Source: Takakia lepidozioides (lineage: Eukaryota; Plantae; Bryophyta). From it: 64,000 nt of DNA. The notes below the pieces were generated by a model that did not search any database, was not told where the DNA came from, and worked only from the letters and a program-made list of their open reading frames with translations. Positions 25,601 to 39,489 of this stretch are shown one piece after another (the first letter of the stretch is position 1; each line of letters begins with the position of its first letter). The DNA lies in NCBI GenBank assembly GCA_030704615.1, contig CM060733.1, positions 26,660,001 to 26,724,000 on the forward strand, read 5' to 3'. Both the position numbers and the translations under genes were made by a program.

Positions 25601-28600
25601 TTATGTGTACTTTGTTTATGTACTGGGTGTGGCAAGGAGGCTTTGGAGATTGTGAATGGGTGATGCCTGGTAGGTGAACCTCATGTGTATTCTGATGCCT
25701 GTGCCAGTCTTTGAGCACTGAAAAGTGTAGATGGATCTGTATGTATTTGTAAGCCTATACGTTCTGATGTAAGGTTCTCTGGTTTTATGACATGAACAAA
25801 ACAATTGTGAGCAGGAAAGGGCCATCTCCTATTGGAATTCCTCAAACAGCATAGCTGGGCCTGAATCAAACATCAGTGGACTAGGCCTTTCGTCTTCACT
25901 AGGTGTTGCTGCTAAAAAAATAACCGATTGTGAGAAGGTCCCTAATCGAATGATGCTTCCAAGCGAAGCAGAGGAATATAACATAATGTTATCGCACTTT
26001 GCACCTAACTTCCCAACAAAGCAGTGTAGCATCAACCTCGGTTTGAGAGAGAAAGCCACAGTTCTATAGATTAGCGTGATTAATTTTAAAGTCGCACTCT
26101 TAGGGTTTAATTCTCCTAAAAAAACCACCAATATATACTTTCATCTCTCTCTCTCTCTCTCTCTCTCTCCCTCTCCCTCTCCTTCTATAACTCTTTGGAT
26201 TTCATCTGGCCTTAACCTTTTGAGGTTATTTAGTTTTTCATCCCAACCTTTTTCATCCAAATCTGGATGATATTATTATAGGATGATGAAACTTAATGTA
26301 TAGAAAGCTTGGTTTACCATCTATTTCTTTCATCTAAACTGGATAAACTACATGAATAACGGTTACCTATTTTAAAATCCAAGAGATAATAAAACTACCA
26401 TCATAAATGATGGCAGTTATTAAACCTAAGCCTATACCATAACCCTAAAAGATACCTTTTTATTGGATGTCATCCATTGACAAAGTGCTTCTCTTGATAA
26501 AATGTGATTTTTCATCCACCCTGGATGAGAAATCGGGAAGTTATGCCCTAAGCACGCTGACACATTTCACAGCACTGAACTCGTGCTTCAGTGAACCTTG
26601 ATGATGCGCCGCGTAAACCTGCTCCCCTCTCCCCTGCTACATGGTACTCGTGATGGCTGGCTCTTGGGATGCGCATTGGCGGTTAGGCAGATTCATCTCT
26701 GGCAGACGACAAAGCGATGATCGTGGTTCGTTATTTTGCAGCGGCGCTTTTACTCCTCGTTGGGAAGTACTCTATCCCTATTTATCTACAGATTACATGG
26801 TGCTCTCTTTTTGTATGAGCCATTCTCTCTCTGTGAACGCTTCTACTTTGATTGCATTCTGTTGGAGACGATCTGTTGGACGCCATGGCGCAGGGCATAC
26901 CACAAACACTCAAGGTTTTTTTAGTTTACCCTTGCTTGAATTGTGATCTGTACATGCTTTGAAATTCAACACTGACATGGATAGCAACTGTGAAGACCTG
27001 CCACTCACCTGCTGCATCCTCACTAACACACATCGCTATGTGGTGGTTTTTGGGATGGGCACAGGTGACGGTCTTCACTTGTCTTGATTTCTTGAAGCTT
27101 GCAGCTCCTGTTCTTGCAAATGTGGATACTGCTGCTGCCTAAGCTGTTGATGTCATTTACTACTTCAAACTGCCACCATGCCGCTTCAGACCTGCTCCAA
27201 GATGGCTCCAATGAGGATCTGCTTCTCTCCTTACCCCTGTTTCTGGTTTTTTACAACCACATTCGCATGTGTAGGAGTTAAGCTATGAAGGGTACAAAGG
27301 TACAAAATAGCAGTTATTACTCTGACTGCTTTGATACTTGGCTCTGAAATGAAACTTCTTGGTATGACTTTGATGGATCAAAAGGATAAGCTTTGATAGA
27401 TAACACACATTCTTCAAGGCCCTCATATCATTTTGGTTTCATGGCTTGATAACAAACAGGGGTTTCTGAGCTGCTCTTTCACCTTGGCAGAGCTATTTTA
27501 TGAGGCCTTAAAATACCATTCCAGGCCTATACCTGCTTAAGGGGGCTCAACCCTGTTGTTTCTTCTTCCTTCTTAAGAATCTTGCTTGTATCTTGGTTCT
27601 GAAACATCAACTTCAAACCAGTACTGTTTCTTAGGGAAGTGAAATGCTCAAGACCTGGATTTTGTTTGCCTTGGCCCGTTAAAGACTCTCAATTTAAAGG
27701 CCTGGCTGCAGGCAGGGTTCTTCTGAGTTTCTTTGTTAACTCAGATCTTTGGAGGTTCTAGAATACCACTCAAGACCTAGATCTGTTTTGGAACACTCAA
27801 CCTTGCATAGGTTTCTTGTTTACTGCTTGTGGTTTGGCATTGATACATCACCAAACTAGCTTTGGAATGAAACCTCTCAGCTTGACTCTGTTGTGTCAAA
27901 CAGGTATGCCTTGTTTAGGGAACACACACACTCATTAAGGCTCTCATAGCAGTCTGAATTGGAGGGCTGATAGTAGGCAAATTTGGGATAATTTGCCTTG
28001 CTTCTGTTCTATGATTCCTGCTTGTGACACGACACTGAAACGTCACCTTCAGGCCAGCAACACCCTCTAGGGAGAAGACTTGTTCAAAACCTGGATGTTG
28101 GCATGCAGCCTCATGATATATACCATGTCTTGAACCATGCCAATAGGGCAAGAGGAAACATGATGTAAACCAGCAAATGCTTAAGGCATATTTGTTTGAC
28201 TGTTTCAAACTCAACTTGAATTGTTTTTTAGCATGAGTCTTGGGGACTGTCCCAAGACCTGCAATCTGGTTTTCACAACTTGTTTTGCTAAGGTGTTGTG
28301 TCTACTTGCAAATACTTAAGGCATGAATGGCTGGCTGTTTCAACTTGAAGTGCTATGAGCTTGATTCTGGGAAATATCCCCAAACCTGCAATTTGGTTTT
28401 TGAAATGAGTTTGAAATGAGTTTTTGAAATGATGGTGCAAACTATGGTGCTTTCATGATATGATTGACCTGGAATCCCACCCTCCCACCCTGTTTTTTCA
28501 GAGACCCTGAAATGTAATGGGGTATTCAAATGAGATTGTAAACATGAAAGGGAATGTTAGAGGGTGCCCTGTAAAGGGCTGTTTTGTCTTTCAATGACAA

Positions 28601-29660
28601 TGACCTTAGCGGTCTTGTCCATGTCTTGACATGACATGTATATCTTCTCTCTCTCTCTCTCTCTGCACCATACATACAAACAACCATGTCAACATCGGAA
28701 ATAGCCGACACAATAGGTTGGCAGTTGAAAAGGATATTTGTCCTCATGACTCCCCATGAAAAAGCCCAAGCCTCCAACGAACACTTGCCAGAGGCCCACT
28801 AGACCAAGTCGCAGAAAGCTGTCGTCCCACTTGAGGAGGTGCCTGTGGATGGCTTTTATCCAAATTTTAGGAGGACCTTACTACCTTACTCACTTGATTG
28901 ACAATATTGGGTTGTTTCCTATACCTAGCCCTCTGGTATTTTTGTCAATGCAGAAGGGACAAGGGAGACCTGGTGGAAGGGATTGTAGAATGGACTCCCA
29001 AAGATGAAAAAAACATCATAGGGCCTTACGTTGGCGAAGAAGGGTCAAATACTGGACCTTTACTCAGGCCTCCACTCGGTCCCACTACTGCCTCAAGAGT
29101 CTCGTGTTTGATCCTTTCCCAAAAAAGGAAACCCAAAAGTGCCAAACATGTGGGAAAGTTGCAGTTTTGGACTGCCCTGGGACCACTACAAAGGAGGTAT
29201 ACCAAAATCTTGTCCAAAAGCTGTGAAAAACTAGGATATGGTGGCCAGCATCAGCAGGCATGCTTTTGTGGAATTTGGGCTCAATTGGCCTAGCCATTCA
29301 CAAAATTCTAGCAGATTGGTGGACTCTTCCCTTGCTCTGCAGAGGTTGCAGATACTTTTCGGGCTCACAGAATTGTTGTAAGTTTCCAATTTGTATGGCA
29401 GAATGGCGATGAATGTGGAGGACGTAGTGAGGAGTATGATTCAACGTTATGGACGAAAAGGTGGCCAGAGGCGTAGAATTTGCAATCCGTAGTCTCATGC
29501 ACGATCTCGACAGCTGAACGCTGCTGCCGGTGGGTGTCGCAAGGCGAATGCAAAAGGAGAAGGGAGTTTGTGGGCAAGTCGGGGCTATGGAGCTCGAAAG
29601 CTGTGGAGGGTAAGCAGTGTATTATGTTTTGATACCATATCGACTGACTAAATTTACAAC

Positions 29661-32600
29661 ATGGCGGATAGTGGATGCTTCCCCCTGGGGGGACGAATGG
29701 TCCTTGTGACTCTATGCTCGATGGTCACCTTGGCTGCAGCAATTCCTCTAGGTAAGGGCCACCGCTTGACATCTGTGTACGAGTTCCCAAATGGTCAGGG
29801 TTTTGTGGCCGACCTGGAACTCATCGAGCACACTGACACTTACGGTCCTGACATCGACTCTCTGCGCATGGTTGTCAGGTAGTCTTCTCTCTTGATCTTC
29901 AATTAATACTGTTGTCTACATGTTAATGTCTTCTTGCTTGTGTCTGTCCGCCTCTGCTCTTTCAGAGAGAGTGCGGTACCAAATTAACCGTGTTTTTTGT
30001 TCGCCTTCCTAGCTTCTATGTATTGCACACCACAGAGAGGCCTTCTCTTGGTTGAACATACAATAGGTCTACTCATTGTTCATTCCCGAGTTTGTTCGCT
30101 GCTTATCCTTGGGAGCTATGGCGACAGGTTTGAGGGTAACAAGCGTGTGCATGTGCACATTTCAGACCATTTCAATACCCGGTGGGAGGTGCCGCAGGAT
30201 CTCATTCAGCGGCCTCAACCGCTGCCAATGTTTGTCAGTGACCCACACCATAGCCGCCTCTTGGAGCAGCATTCTGCGGATGAGGGCCATCTGCTGAATT
30301 TCTCGTACACTTCCAATCCATTTGGGTTTGCAATTACACGACGTTCCAATGGAGAGGTTCTGTTCAATTCAACCACCCCCTTGACGACTGGCAATGGTTT
30401 GGTGTCCTTCAACTCTATGGTGTTCAAGGATCAGTACTTGGAGATATCCACCCAGCTTCCAAAGAATGCTTCTCTATTCGGGCTAGGCGAGCACACACAA
30501 TCACACGGCCTCGAGCTTACGCCTGGCCTCACCTACACACTGTGGGCAGCTGATATCCCTGCATACCATACAGATGTTGATCTATATGGGTCTCAGCCTT
30601 CATACATGGATGTCCGCAAGGGTGGGATTTCTCATGGGGTACTTCTCCTCAACAGTAATGGCATGGATGTGTATTATGGGGACGATTTTCTAACATACCA
30701 TGTACTTGGTGGTGTTCTAGACTTCTACTTCTTTGCCGGTCCATCCCCACTTGATGTTGTCAATCAGCTCACTAAATTGGTGGGACGTCCTGCTCCAATG
30801 CCATATTGGTCGTTTGGTGCGTACTTCTCCATCTTTCTTGTGTATCAAGTATCGCACTAAATGGCATCTGCCGGCTTCTCTTGCAATGGACTTCGGACTA
30901 GAACGCATAATGGAATTTGATGCTGCTCGTTTCCTAGTTTCGTCTAGAAGGTATTGGGCAGGCGCTAAGGTACGTTGGGACTAGGTTGGGCAGTCATGCT
31001 AACATGACTAATATACAGTGGATGATGGATACGTCTGCAGGCTTTCACCAGTGCCGGTGGGGATATCAGAATTTGTCGCACCTGAAATACGTGGTAGACA
31101 GCTACAAGAAGGCCAACATTCCACTGGATACTATCTGGAATGACATTGACTACATGGAGGCCTACAAGGACTTCACTCTTGACCCAGTAAACTACCCTGA
31201 GCACAAATTAAGAGAGTTTGTACAGGACCTCCATGCCAATGGACAACAGTATGTTGTGATCCTTGATCCTGGTAACACACTTTCCTTCTTGGATACTATG
31301 AATTCTCTAAAGCTGTGGTGAGGCACCAGCACCTTTGTGGATGCCATCATCTCTTCCTCCTCTCCTGTTGTCCCATTTGTAGTTGTCCAGTTTTGGATGC
31401 ACCATAGCTGTTCGGTGGGGAGTTTTACAAGTCAGTCAGAAATGGCTGAATTGTTTGCAGTCATAAGGTCTCCTAAGGTCTTATTACTTGATGCGATCCT
31501 AAACGGTCTTCAGTATCTTCTGTCAAAGAGCATCTATTATTGCCGTGGATATGATCTATCGCTACGACCTAAATTGTTAAGTTTGGACTTGTCTTTGCAC
31601 TTCCAGGGATATGTACTTTGGAGCAGCAATAAAATCTTTCTTTCTTTCTGTTAAAAAGTATTGTTAAGTATCATTTCTTCACCCTTTCCATGAGATCAGT
31701 ATATCTGTTGGGCTTTCTCTGCTCACTTCAGCTTTTCGTCAAACAAACAAGTGGGGCTTATTACAGCACTTGAGGAGGGTCTTTTATTTACCCACAGAGC
31801 TTGGAAGAGCTTTTCTAGGAATAAAGATGGGTGATGTCATTTGACGTTCTATGCATGTGTATCTGTTCCCAGCAATCAGCATCAACCACAAGAACTACAC
31901 CACACTGGAGCGTGGCCTGAAGGATGATATTTTTCTGAAGGACGAACTAGGGGAAAACTATCTTGCACAAGTCTGGCCTGGTCCTGTCTACTTTCCTGAC
32001 TTCCTTCACCCCAAGACACAGTCATGGTGGAGCATGGAGGTGGCAGATCTCCACAAGAAGGTTCCCTTTGATGGCCTATGGATTGACATGAATGAAGCCT
32101 CCAACTTCTGCAGTGGGAGTACCTGCTCATTTGATGGAATTGTCCCGCTCAAAGATATGAACACGTGCTATCTTGAATGCACCAAGAGTACTTCAAAGTG
32201 GGATAACCCTCCCTACAAAATTGATTATTGGGGTCAATTCATGAATATTGGAGAGAAGACAGTTGCAATGAATGTGAGACATTACACTGGAGCTCTGGAG
32301 TATGATGCTCACAATCTGTATGGGCTTTCAGAAACTATTGTGACCCACAAGGCTTTGAAGGCACTGGCAAACAAGCGGCCTTTCATTCTCTCTCGGTCGA
32401 CGTTCCTAGGGTCTGGGGCCTACGCTGCGCACTGGACAGGGGACAATGCAGCCACCTGGAAAAACTTGGAGTACTCAATTCCAAGCATCCTCAACTCAGG
32501 CATGCTTGGAGTACCAATGGTTGGTGCTGACATCTGTGGATTTTCTTTAGACACTACTGAAGAGCTGTGCAACCGCTGGATTCAATTGGGAGCCTTCTAT

Positions 32601-33446
32601 CCCTTCTCCAGGGACCACTCTGAACTCCGCACCATACCACAGGAGCTCTATGAATGGGAAATTGTTGCAGTCTCTGCCAGGAATGCTTTAGGCATGCGCT
32701 ACCGTCTTCTGCCGTATTTGTACACACTCATGTTTGAGGCCCACAAGAAAGGCTCTCCAATTGCCAGGCCCCTTTTCTTTGCCTTTCCAGGAGATCCCAC
32801 CACACTCCACATTAACACACAGTTTCTCCTCGGAAATAGTATCATGGTCTCTCCTGTGGTTTCACCTGGTGTGTTATCAGTGACTGCCTACTTCCCAAAG
32901 GGTACCTGGTACAACATGTTCAATTTCTCCAAGGTGGTGAGCCGAGGATCCTATCACACCTTGGCAGCTCCTATTGATGCAATCAATGTCCATGTGCATG
33001 AGGGGTCCATTGTCCCAATGCAAGACAGGGCCTTGACTGCAGCTCGTGTTCGCAAGTCTCCCTTCACTCTACTGGTTGCATTGCCAAGCAATGATTCCCC
33101 AGGCTCTGCAAGGGGAAACCTGTTCTTGGACAATGGCATAGACAGTGAGATGAAGGTAGAGAATGGGAAGTCGACAATTGTCAGGTATTATGCGAGGACA
33201 TCAGTGGGAAAGGGAAATTTGACAGCACGTGTCAGCTGTGGTGAATATGCGCTTGAAGAGGGCTGGGTTGTACAAACGGTGGTGATTTTGGGTGTGACCA
33301 CTGCACCCAAAAATTTCGTCATCAATGGTCACCCTGTTTCATCATTGAAGATTACATTTGACACAGATGTCCCTTCACTGGAAATTTCTGGGCTCCATCT
33401 GCATGTGGGCAAAGATTTTGATTTGGTGTGGGAGAGCAGTTCTTGA
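29661..33446 (+). CDS. GH31 alpha-glucosidase/alpha-xylosidase, secreted (gene B, 4 exons)
   Basis: Exons 29661-29878, 30128-30816, 31041-31271, 31873-33446, GT-AG and in phase. Signal peptide, [34 protein letters not shown]. Confidence 0.95.
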
Positions 33447-34584
33447 TGGCCACTGTATGTCCCCTCCTTTTGTAACTGATATTTACTGATGATAAAGGAG
33501 GGAGAGCAGATAAGCGAGTGGACTCAGGTATGGCTCACCCACAGCTGTACTAATACTCAATTTTATAGGAGAGGATCAAAAGAGTCATAGATCAAGCAGG
33601 GGAAAAAGTTTGTGATGGGGGGAACAATGCAGCACACATGAAATATTCTTTACAGATGCACCTAAAATAGCAGTTCGTTCAAGTAGGCTAAATTAATCAA
33701 AGCAGATTTTAGAAGTTAGTGGAATTCTCTTCCGCAAGAATCTAATTATACTGATTCAGATTACTGAACCATTAATTATATTTGATGATAACGATATGTG
33801 TAAACTTGACCTCAGTTCTCTTTTCAAACCCATCAATTCCTAGTGTCAGGGTTTTCTCTGCATGAGGCTTTGGAGATGAGGCAAAAGGCGGGATAGATGG
33901 GCTCTTAATCCCACGTTTATGTGGAGCACAGTTTGAAAGCTATTACTATGCACAGGCAGTGCGGGCATTCAATGACCTGATGAAACTTGTCATACTGGAA
34001 ATGCGCCCTTGTTACTATCATAATACAGCTTACAGGGGAGGATCAATCATTGCATCTTTTGCTGTCCTCATTCTTACATTGGAAAGTCGTGCGTTTAATT
34101 GATATAAGAAGACTCAAAATTTCCTGGCTTACCTTCAACAGAATCTTGTCTTGAACTATCAAGTTGCTTTTTAGCAGGTGCTTTTTCTTCCATCAAGTTG
34201 AAGAATATAGTGGAATCATACCTACGGGTCCGTGTGAAACTAAAGCACAAGGTAGTTGGAAGGGCCTACAAGTCATTTGAAAAGATGTCAGATGTGCTCT
34301 TGCTTTATTGTTCAGATCAAGCAGGACTCATATGGGGGACACTCTTTTGCCAGATTTTGAAACTAAGACGCCATGAGACTTGGGACTGTTTTCTGCACAA
34401 CATGGAGGATATAGTGACTTGACAACTGTTTGGGTATTGATTTCAGGGTTAGCATGCCATCATCTCAGCACTATAATGTTGTTCCACCATTGCCGCCATA
34501 GCCCTCTCCCTAATAGCAAAATGGAAAAAGCTTTATTACATCCCATGAGCCCCAGAAAATAACATATGACGAGTAAACTACTGG

Positions 34585-34927
34585 TAGAGTTATCCGTAAA
34601 GGGTCCCAAAGGGTCCCAAACTCGGCATGAGACTCAAAACTCAGGATCAAGGGTACGACTAGAAAAAAACACAGGACCAAACTGCCAGGACTAGGGAAAT
34701 GGAAATGGTCGTGGCAGGAGTTTGGACCCGAGTTTTGTTCCTCGTCGAGGCGGAGGCAGTCAGAGCGCATCCCGTTGCCCGCATCCCCAGTTTATGATTT
34801 GGTGCCCTCTTTTCTGACTTTGTACCCAGTTTTCTGCACTTTACGGATTTACTCAAACTCAGGATGAAACCCATAACTCGGGTCCAAACAGGGTACCAAA
34901 CTCAGGCTCACTTTACGGATAACTCTA
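34585..34927. mobile_element. MITE with perfect 17-bp TIRs (hAT-like)
   Basis: TAGAGTTATCCGTAAAG at 34585-34601 and CTTTACGGATAACTCTA at 34911-34927. Internal GGGTCCCAAA repeats. No clear TSD. Confidence 0.8.
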
Positions 34928-35520
34928 GTATGTCTAAATATTTTGAACACCCCATAGAACCCACCCCTAATTTGAAAACAGAAAGTTTCTTGCCGAATCA
35001 AACGTAACTAATGGTGTCACTTCATCCCAAAAGGGCTATTTCCTTCCATTTGGAAGGTGGACACCTTGTAATTGGGCAACAAACTTACCCAACCCTCACC
35101 CCAAAGACTTGAGCCCCAGGTGCTCACACATTAAGTAGCCGGTCCCCTTTCATGGCTGGGTTGACTGTAATGAGTGGTATTCAAAATACAATTATGTGGC
35201 CCACAACCTCTTGGAAGGTGGTCTTGTTGTTTTTTTATTTTTTATTTTTACTTTTATTTTAACAGGGACAGACGCCTTAGACAGGCTTGTTCTTTAACCA
35301 CTGGGCCTCAATTTTTACAATTAAGTGTTTTTTTTTTTTAAATTAAGTTGTTTAGTCGCAGTGAACTGTTTAACCCTTAAGTTATACCCTACCCAGCCCC
35401 CTTACACCAATACCAGGACCATACCAATATTGGGAAATGTGGGCCCTTGTGATACCAGGACCAGTCTGGTATCATATTTTCGTAATACTAGTCCAACACT
35501 GGTTAGAACCACACACTAAC

Positions 35521-35775
35521 TTGGGTCTATAACTACATTAACAATGAAAGTATTTGGACCTTAACGTTAAGACTACGTATTTGGGTTTCCAACTACCTTA
35601 AAACTAAAAGTAGCTTGCACTTGACTTAAGGCAAGAACTACGCATTCGCTATTTGGATCTACAACTACCTTAATGCTAAAAGTAGCTTGGACTTTACTTG
35701 AGGCAACGTTTACGCATTAACTTATTGGGTGACCTACAAGTACTATAAAGCTAAAAGTAGCTTGGACCTTAAACG
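35521..35775. repeat. degenerate tandem repeat, ~4 units of 60-75 bp
   Basis: Recurrent TTGGGT..CAACTACCTTAA..CTAAAAGTAGCTTGGAC. Confidence 0.75.
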
Positions 35776-36258
35776 GTAGGAGTAGGCTTTTATGGCAATA
35801 CGTTCAAACTAATCGTGTCATGAAGCGTTGGGTGCAAGAATGAAACTAGGGATGTTGTACACTTGTTTCTTCTCCTTCTGTAACTCCCCCTCAAGCCATA
35901 GTTATTAGCTCAATGTGCGCGCATGTTAACTTTCCATTGGGTCCTTAACCCAAATGAAAGCTTCAGCAAAACGTTGGGGCGTAACGGTCCCTTTTAAGCC
36001 CCCCCCCCCCAATAGAGCATTTGACTATTGAGGCAACATAAATGGTGGGACTTCCCTATGGTTAAAGGCGGTTCGGAACAATTCCCAACACTTCATTCCT
36101 AACTCGCGCATGATCACTTATTGGGCTTCCACCGCTATAGAGGTTGGGTAGCTTGTGAGCATACTCATGGGAGCAAACTATAATATTTTTTAGATTTTTT
36201 AGATATCTTAAGAATATGCTACAGCAAAAAGAAAATAGCAAAAAGAATACGCGTCAGG

Positions 36259-36377
36259 CGAAACTACTTCAAAATTTGTGCTCACGCAAAACTATCTTTT
36301 TGATTTTGTTTTTTTGGCGTTGTTTTGCCTATGAAACTCATTGTGCTAGTGTGAGCAAAAATTTTGAAGTAGTTTCG
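36259..36377. repeat. 27-bp inverted repeat (26/27 match) with ~65-bp spacer, likely inside a DNA transposon
   Basis: CGAAACTACTTCAAAATTTGTGCTCAC and GTGAGCAAAAATTTTGAAGTAGTTTCG. Confidence 0.85.
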
Positions 36378-39300
36378 ATAGCAAAATACTGCTGTTTATA
36401 ATATCGTAATATTAAAAGTACTGTTTTGCTATTAAATATTTATGTTTTACATAGAGTTTTGCTAAAATACACTCATACTCCATGTTATTGACACTATTAA
36501 TGTAGCAGTACTCCATGTCGGCCTATCATTCCTATTACCCCTATAACCGTGGATCGTCCTCACGCTTGTTTTTTGACATGCTCACAGGATATTAACCCAT
36601 CTTTCTACACACACTTAAATAGGCGGTGGTAGGATACAAGTTATGCGACTCATCACAACTCTAACATCACTAGAGAGCTCCACGACACACAAGTCGGCTG
36701 CCAGTGATCTCCAAGCTTCCAAGGGTCCTAAGATTGCAAAGTCCATTGGCATTCTTGCCCTAGAATCATGCTAAAAAGATAAATATGACCATGTACAATG
36801 GTGACGCCATTCTCCACGGTCAGTAAAAAATACAAGGGACATCACAGTAGCGGCATTCATGCCTAACAACAAAAACACATAACCCAAACTATAAAAGCAG
36901 GGAGGAGTGAACACACAAAATGGTTGTGGATCATTGCCATATCAAGTGAACAGTAACACTTCCTTGCAGTAAACCGGATAAGAGATACAACTAGGGGAAT
37001 CACCCATCATGCACGAAACGAGCTTTAGGATCACCATAGCGCAAATGTATGCCAACCAAAACAAATACCATGTATATATTATTAGGCATTTTCCAAGTGT
37101 GAGGGGGGTCCGTAAGATCTATGGTTTAGGGGCTGTCATTGTTTGACTGCCCACGTTGCCCACTTGGCAGTTTGGAAATGGATTGCTAGCAGGTAGTGGC
37201 GGCAATGGTCAGCTGCAGGTGTTTGATGGAGCGCATAGAGGACAAGGTGGGGGACTTTTTTCGTTCAGGGCGCACTTTTATCCAAGTTCATCCACAGAAG
37301 ATACGACGTGGATGGAAAAAGACACACCCCGTTTGATCGAGTCGCTTGTCGTTAGGGATTAAGAAGAAAAGACGATTTATTATTATTTTGCATTGTAGAA
37401 GTGGTCCCCACTTTTGCTCCCCACCTCCGTAACATATAACATTGAAAGGATTTTACGGATGTGGGAATTGCTTGGAAAAAAGGAATGGGAGGGGTGTAAG
37501 AGAGAGGAGGGTGGTGGTGGCAAGAACGAAGGTGGGGGAGCGGGGAGGATGGGAGCTTGGAAAAGGGAAGTGGGAGGGGCCTAAAGGTTGGGAGGGCAGT
37601 GGTGGCAAGTTAAAAGGTGGGGAGTGGGAAGGAGGGGAGCTTGCAAAAGGGAGTGTGGGAGGGGCCGTGTTGGACATGACAAGGGGTGGGGATTTGACAA
37701 CAGACTAGCCTCCAACAACACCAGGAGATTGTACCAGTAAGTCTTTCCGTGCACGACTTTTAGACTCCTACATAATGTCTAGTGTGAAGCAGTAATAAGA
37801 GGCACTTTAGATGCTCACTCTGCAGGCAGCCATTGTTGTAGACAACACATGTAACATGATCAGCCGACGGTCGTGTTGAATGGTGTTTAGTTCTGTCTGA
37901 TTGCTTTCAAGCTTGGGATTTTGGGTTCATATGTTTGGGTGCAGGTTTCATGGCTCCCAATCGCAAGGTCCTTGATGCACTCGCGCCACCACCTCTTCTG
38001 CTGTAGCATATGAAAGTTGTGCATATCATTTCAACTTGGGCTTTGGAGCAACAACACTGCACAAAGGGTCAACTGACAAAGATTCTTCGTTGCTTGAGTG
38101 TAGATTACTTGTTGAGCTTACCTTCGTCTTCTTCTGCGCAACGCTAGCCAAAGTATCATCAAGCTCCTAACTTCCGATTTATGTTCAGGAGACACGTTGC
38201 AGGTATAAGCTGAGGTTGGAAAGAGAAGAGGAAAGAGGGTGATCCAGAGGGGTTTCCTAATGAAGTCAATTTTATTTTGAGGGAAGAGGTGTGGCCAATG
38301 GCTCGAATCAAGCACTCTCGAGTAGTGAGTGTGATTTCGCCTCTTCCTCGGTGCCTATGCGTCACAAAGCCAACCCGGTTCGAGGTGATGTTGCTCCGCG
38401 TGAACTCGTCCTCTTCACATGTTTGCTGATGGTTTGGAAATTTTGATGCCTCAAGACTAGGAAGATGAAAGTGGCATGGGTGTGTATAATAAAAGAGATT
38501 TAGTAGAGGAAATGGATTGGGATGTTGACCATGATGAGAGTGAGGAGGTATATGATTTACCCTGAAAACATGGGTGTGCAAGGAGTGTACATTCTATAGT
38601 GATAGAGAGTTGTTTAATGGGCATGTGCCTAGGCCTGTCATGGACGACCTCGTACATCCAAGACTATTTATCCTGTTTAGTTTGGTGCGTGTTGGCTATT
38701 TTCTTGCTTGTTGCCTTCCGCCTATGATCTTATAACCATGGTTTGGCATTTGTTGCTTGGCAAGGGGTTGCATGTGTCATGTGTCATGTGTGTGAGCACT
38801 AAGTGGGTTATGCCTTGAATTTGTTGAACACTGGGATTTCAAGTTCTGTTGATGGGCGGTCATGAGACTTGACTACTTTATATTGAGTTCCAATTGGGGG
38901 GGGGGGGGGTGTTAACTCCCTATATCTTTTATATATCACATGCGAAAAAAGGTGATTTGTATGGGGGTATTATTTTATTTTGGTCTTTATCGGCCACCCT
39001 ATACTTACATAATTTTATAAAATGCTGGAATATTTTACAGGCTATGTAAATTATATTTTACTGCTTCTAGCAAATTTCACGCACGCTATAGTAACAATAC
39101 AGTTTAAAAAAAAACATTACAGTAAAAAATAGTTCATTACTTGGTCGAAACAAACTCAACCAAAGCTTGGGCATCAGTAGCATTCAAGCTGTAAGCATTC
39201 TGAACTTTGTCAAAAGTCATAGTAGTTTAAGAGGACCATTACTGTTGTCATTGGCTTATCGAAAAGATCTACTGGCTCCTGAAATATCATCCACCCTAAA

Positions 39301-39489
39301 CTCAAACTCCCCTGCGAACCAAGTGTCGTCAATAGTTCAAGCCCCCAAATTCAAATCTAGCCCACCTGATAAACCAATAACTAGATGACACGTATCCCAA
39401 ATCTTTATCAGGACCCTATTGGTAGTTGTAATTTTTTTTATAAAAAAAAATCTATATTCAGACCCTATATTCACTTAAATTCCAAAACC

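Noticed and set aside
37442-37708. Gly-rich and Pro-rich ORFs
   Set aside because: Low-complexity purine-rich tract with no family motif or splice structure.
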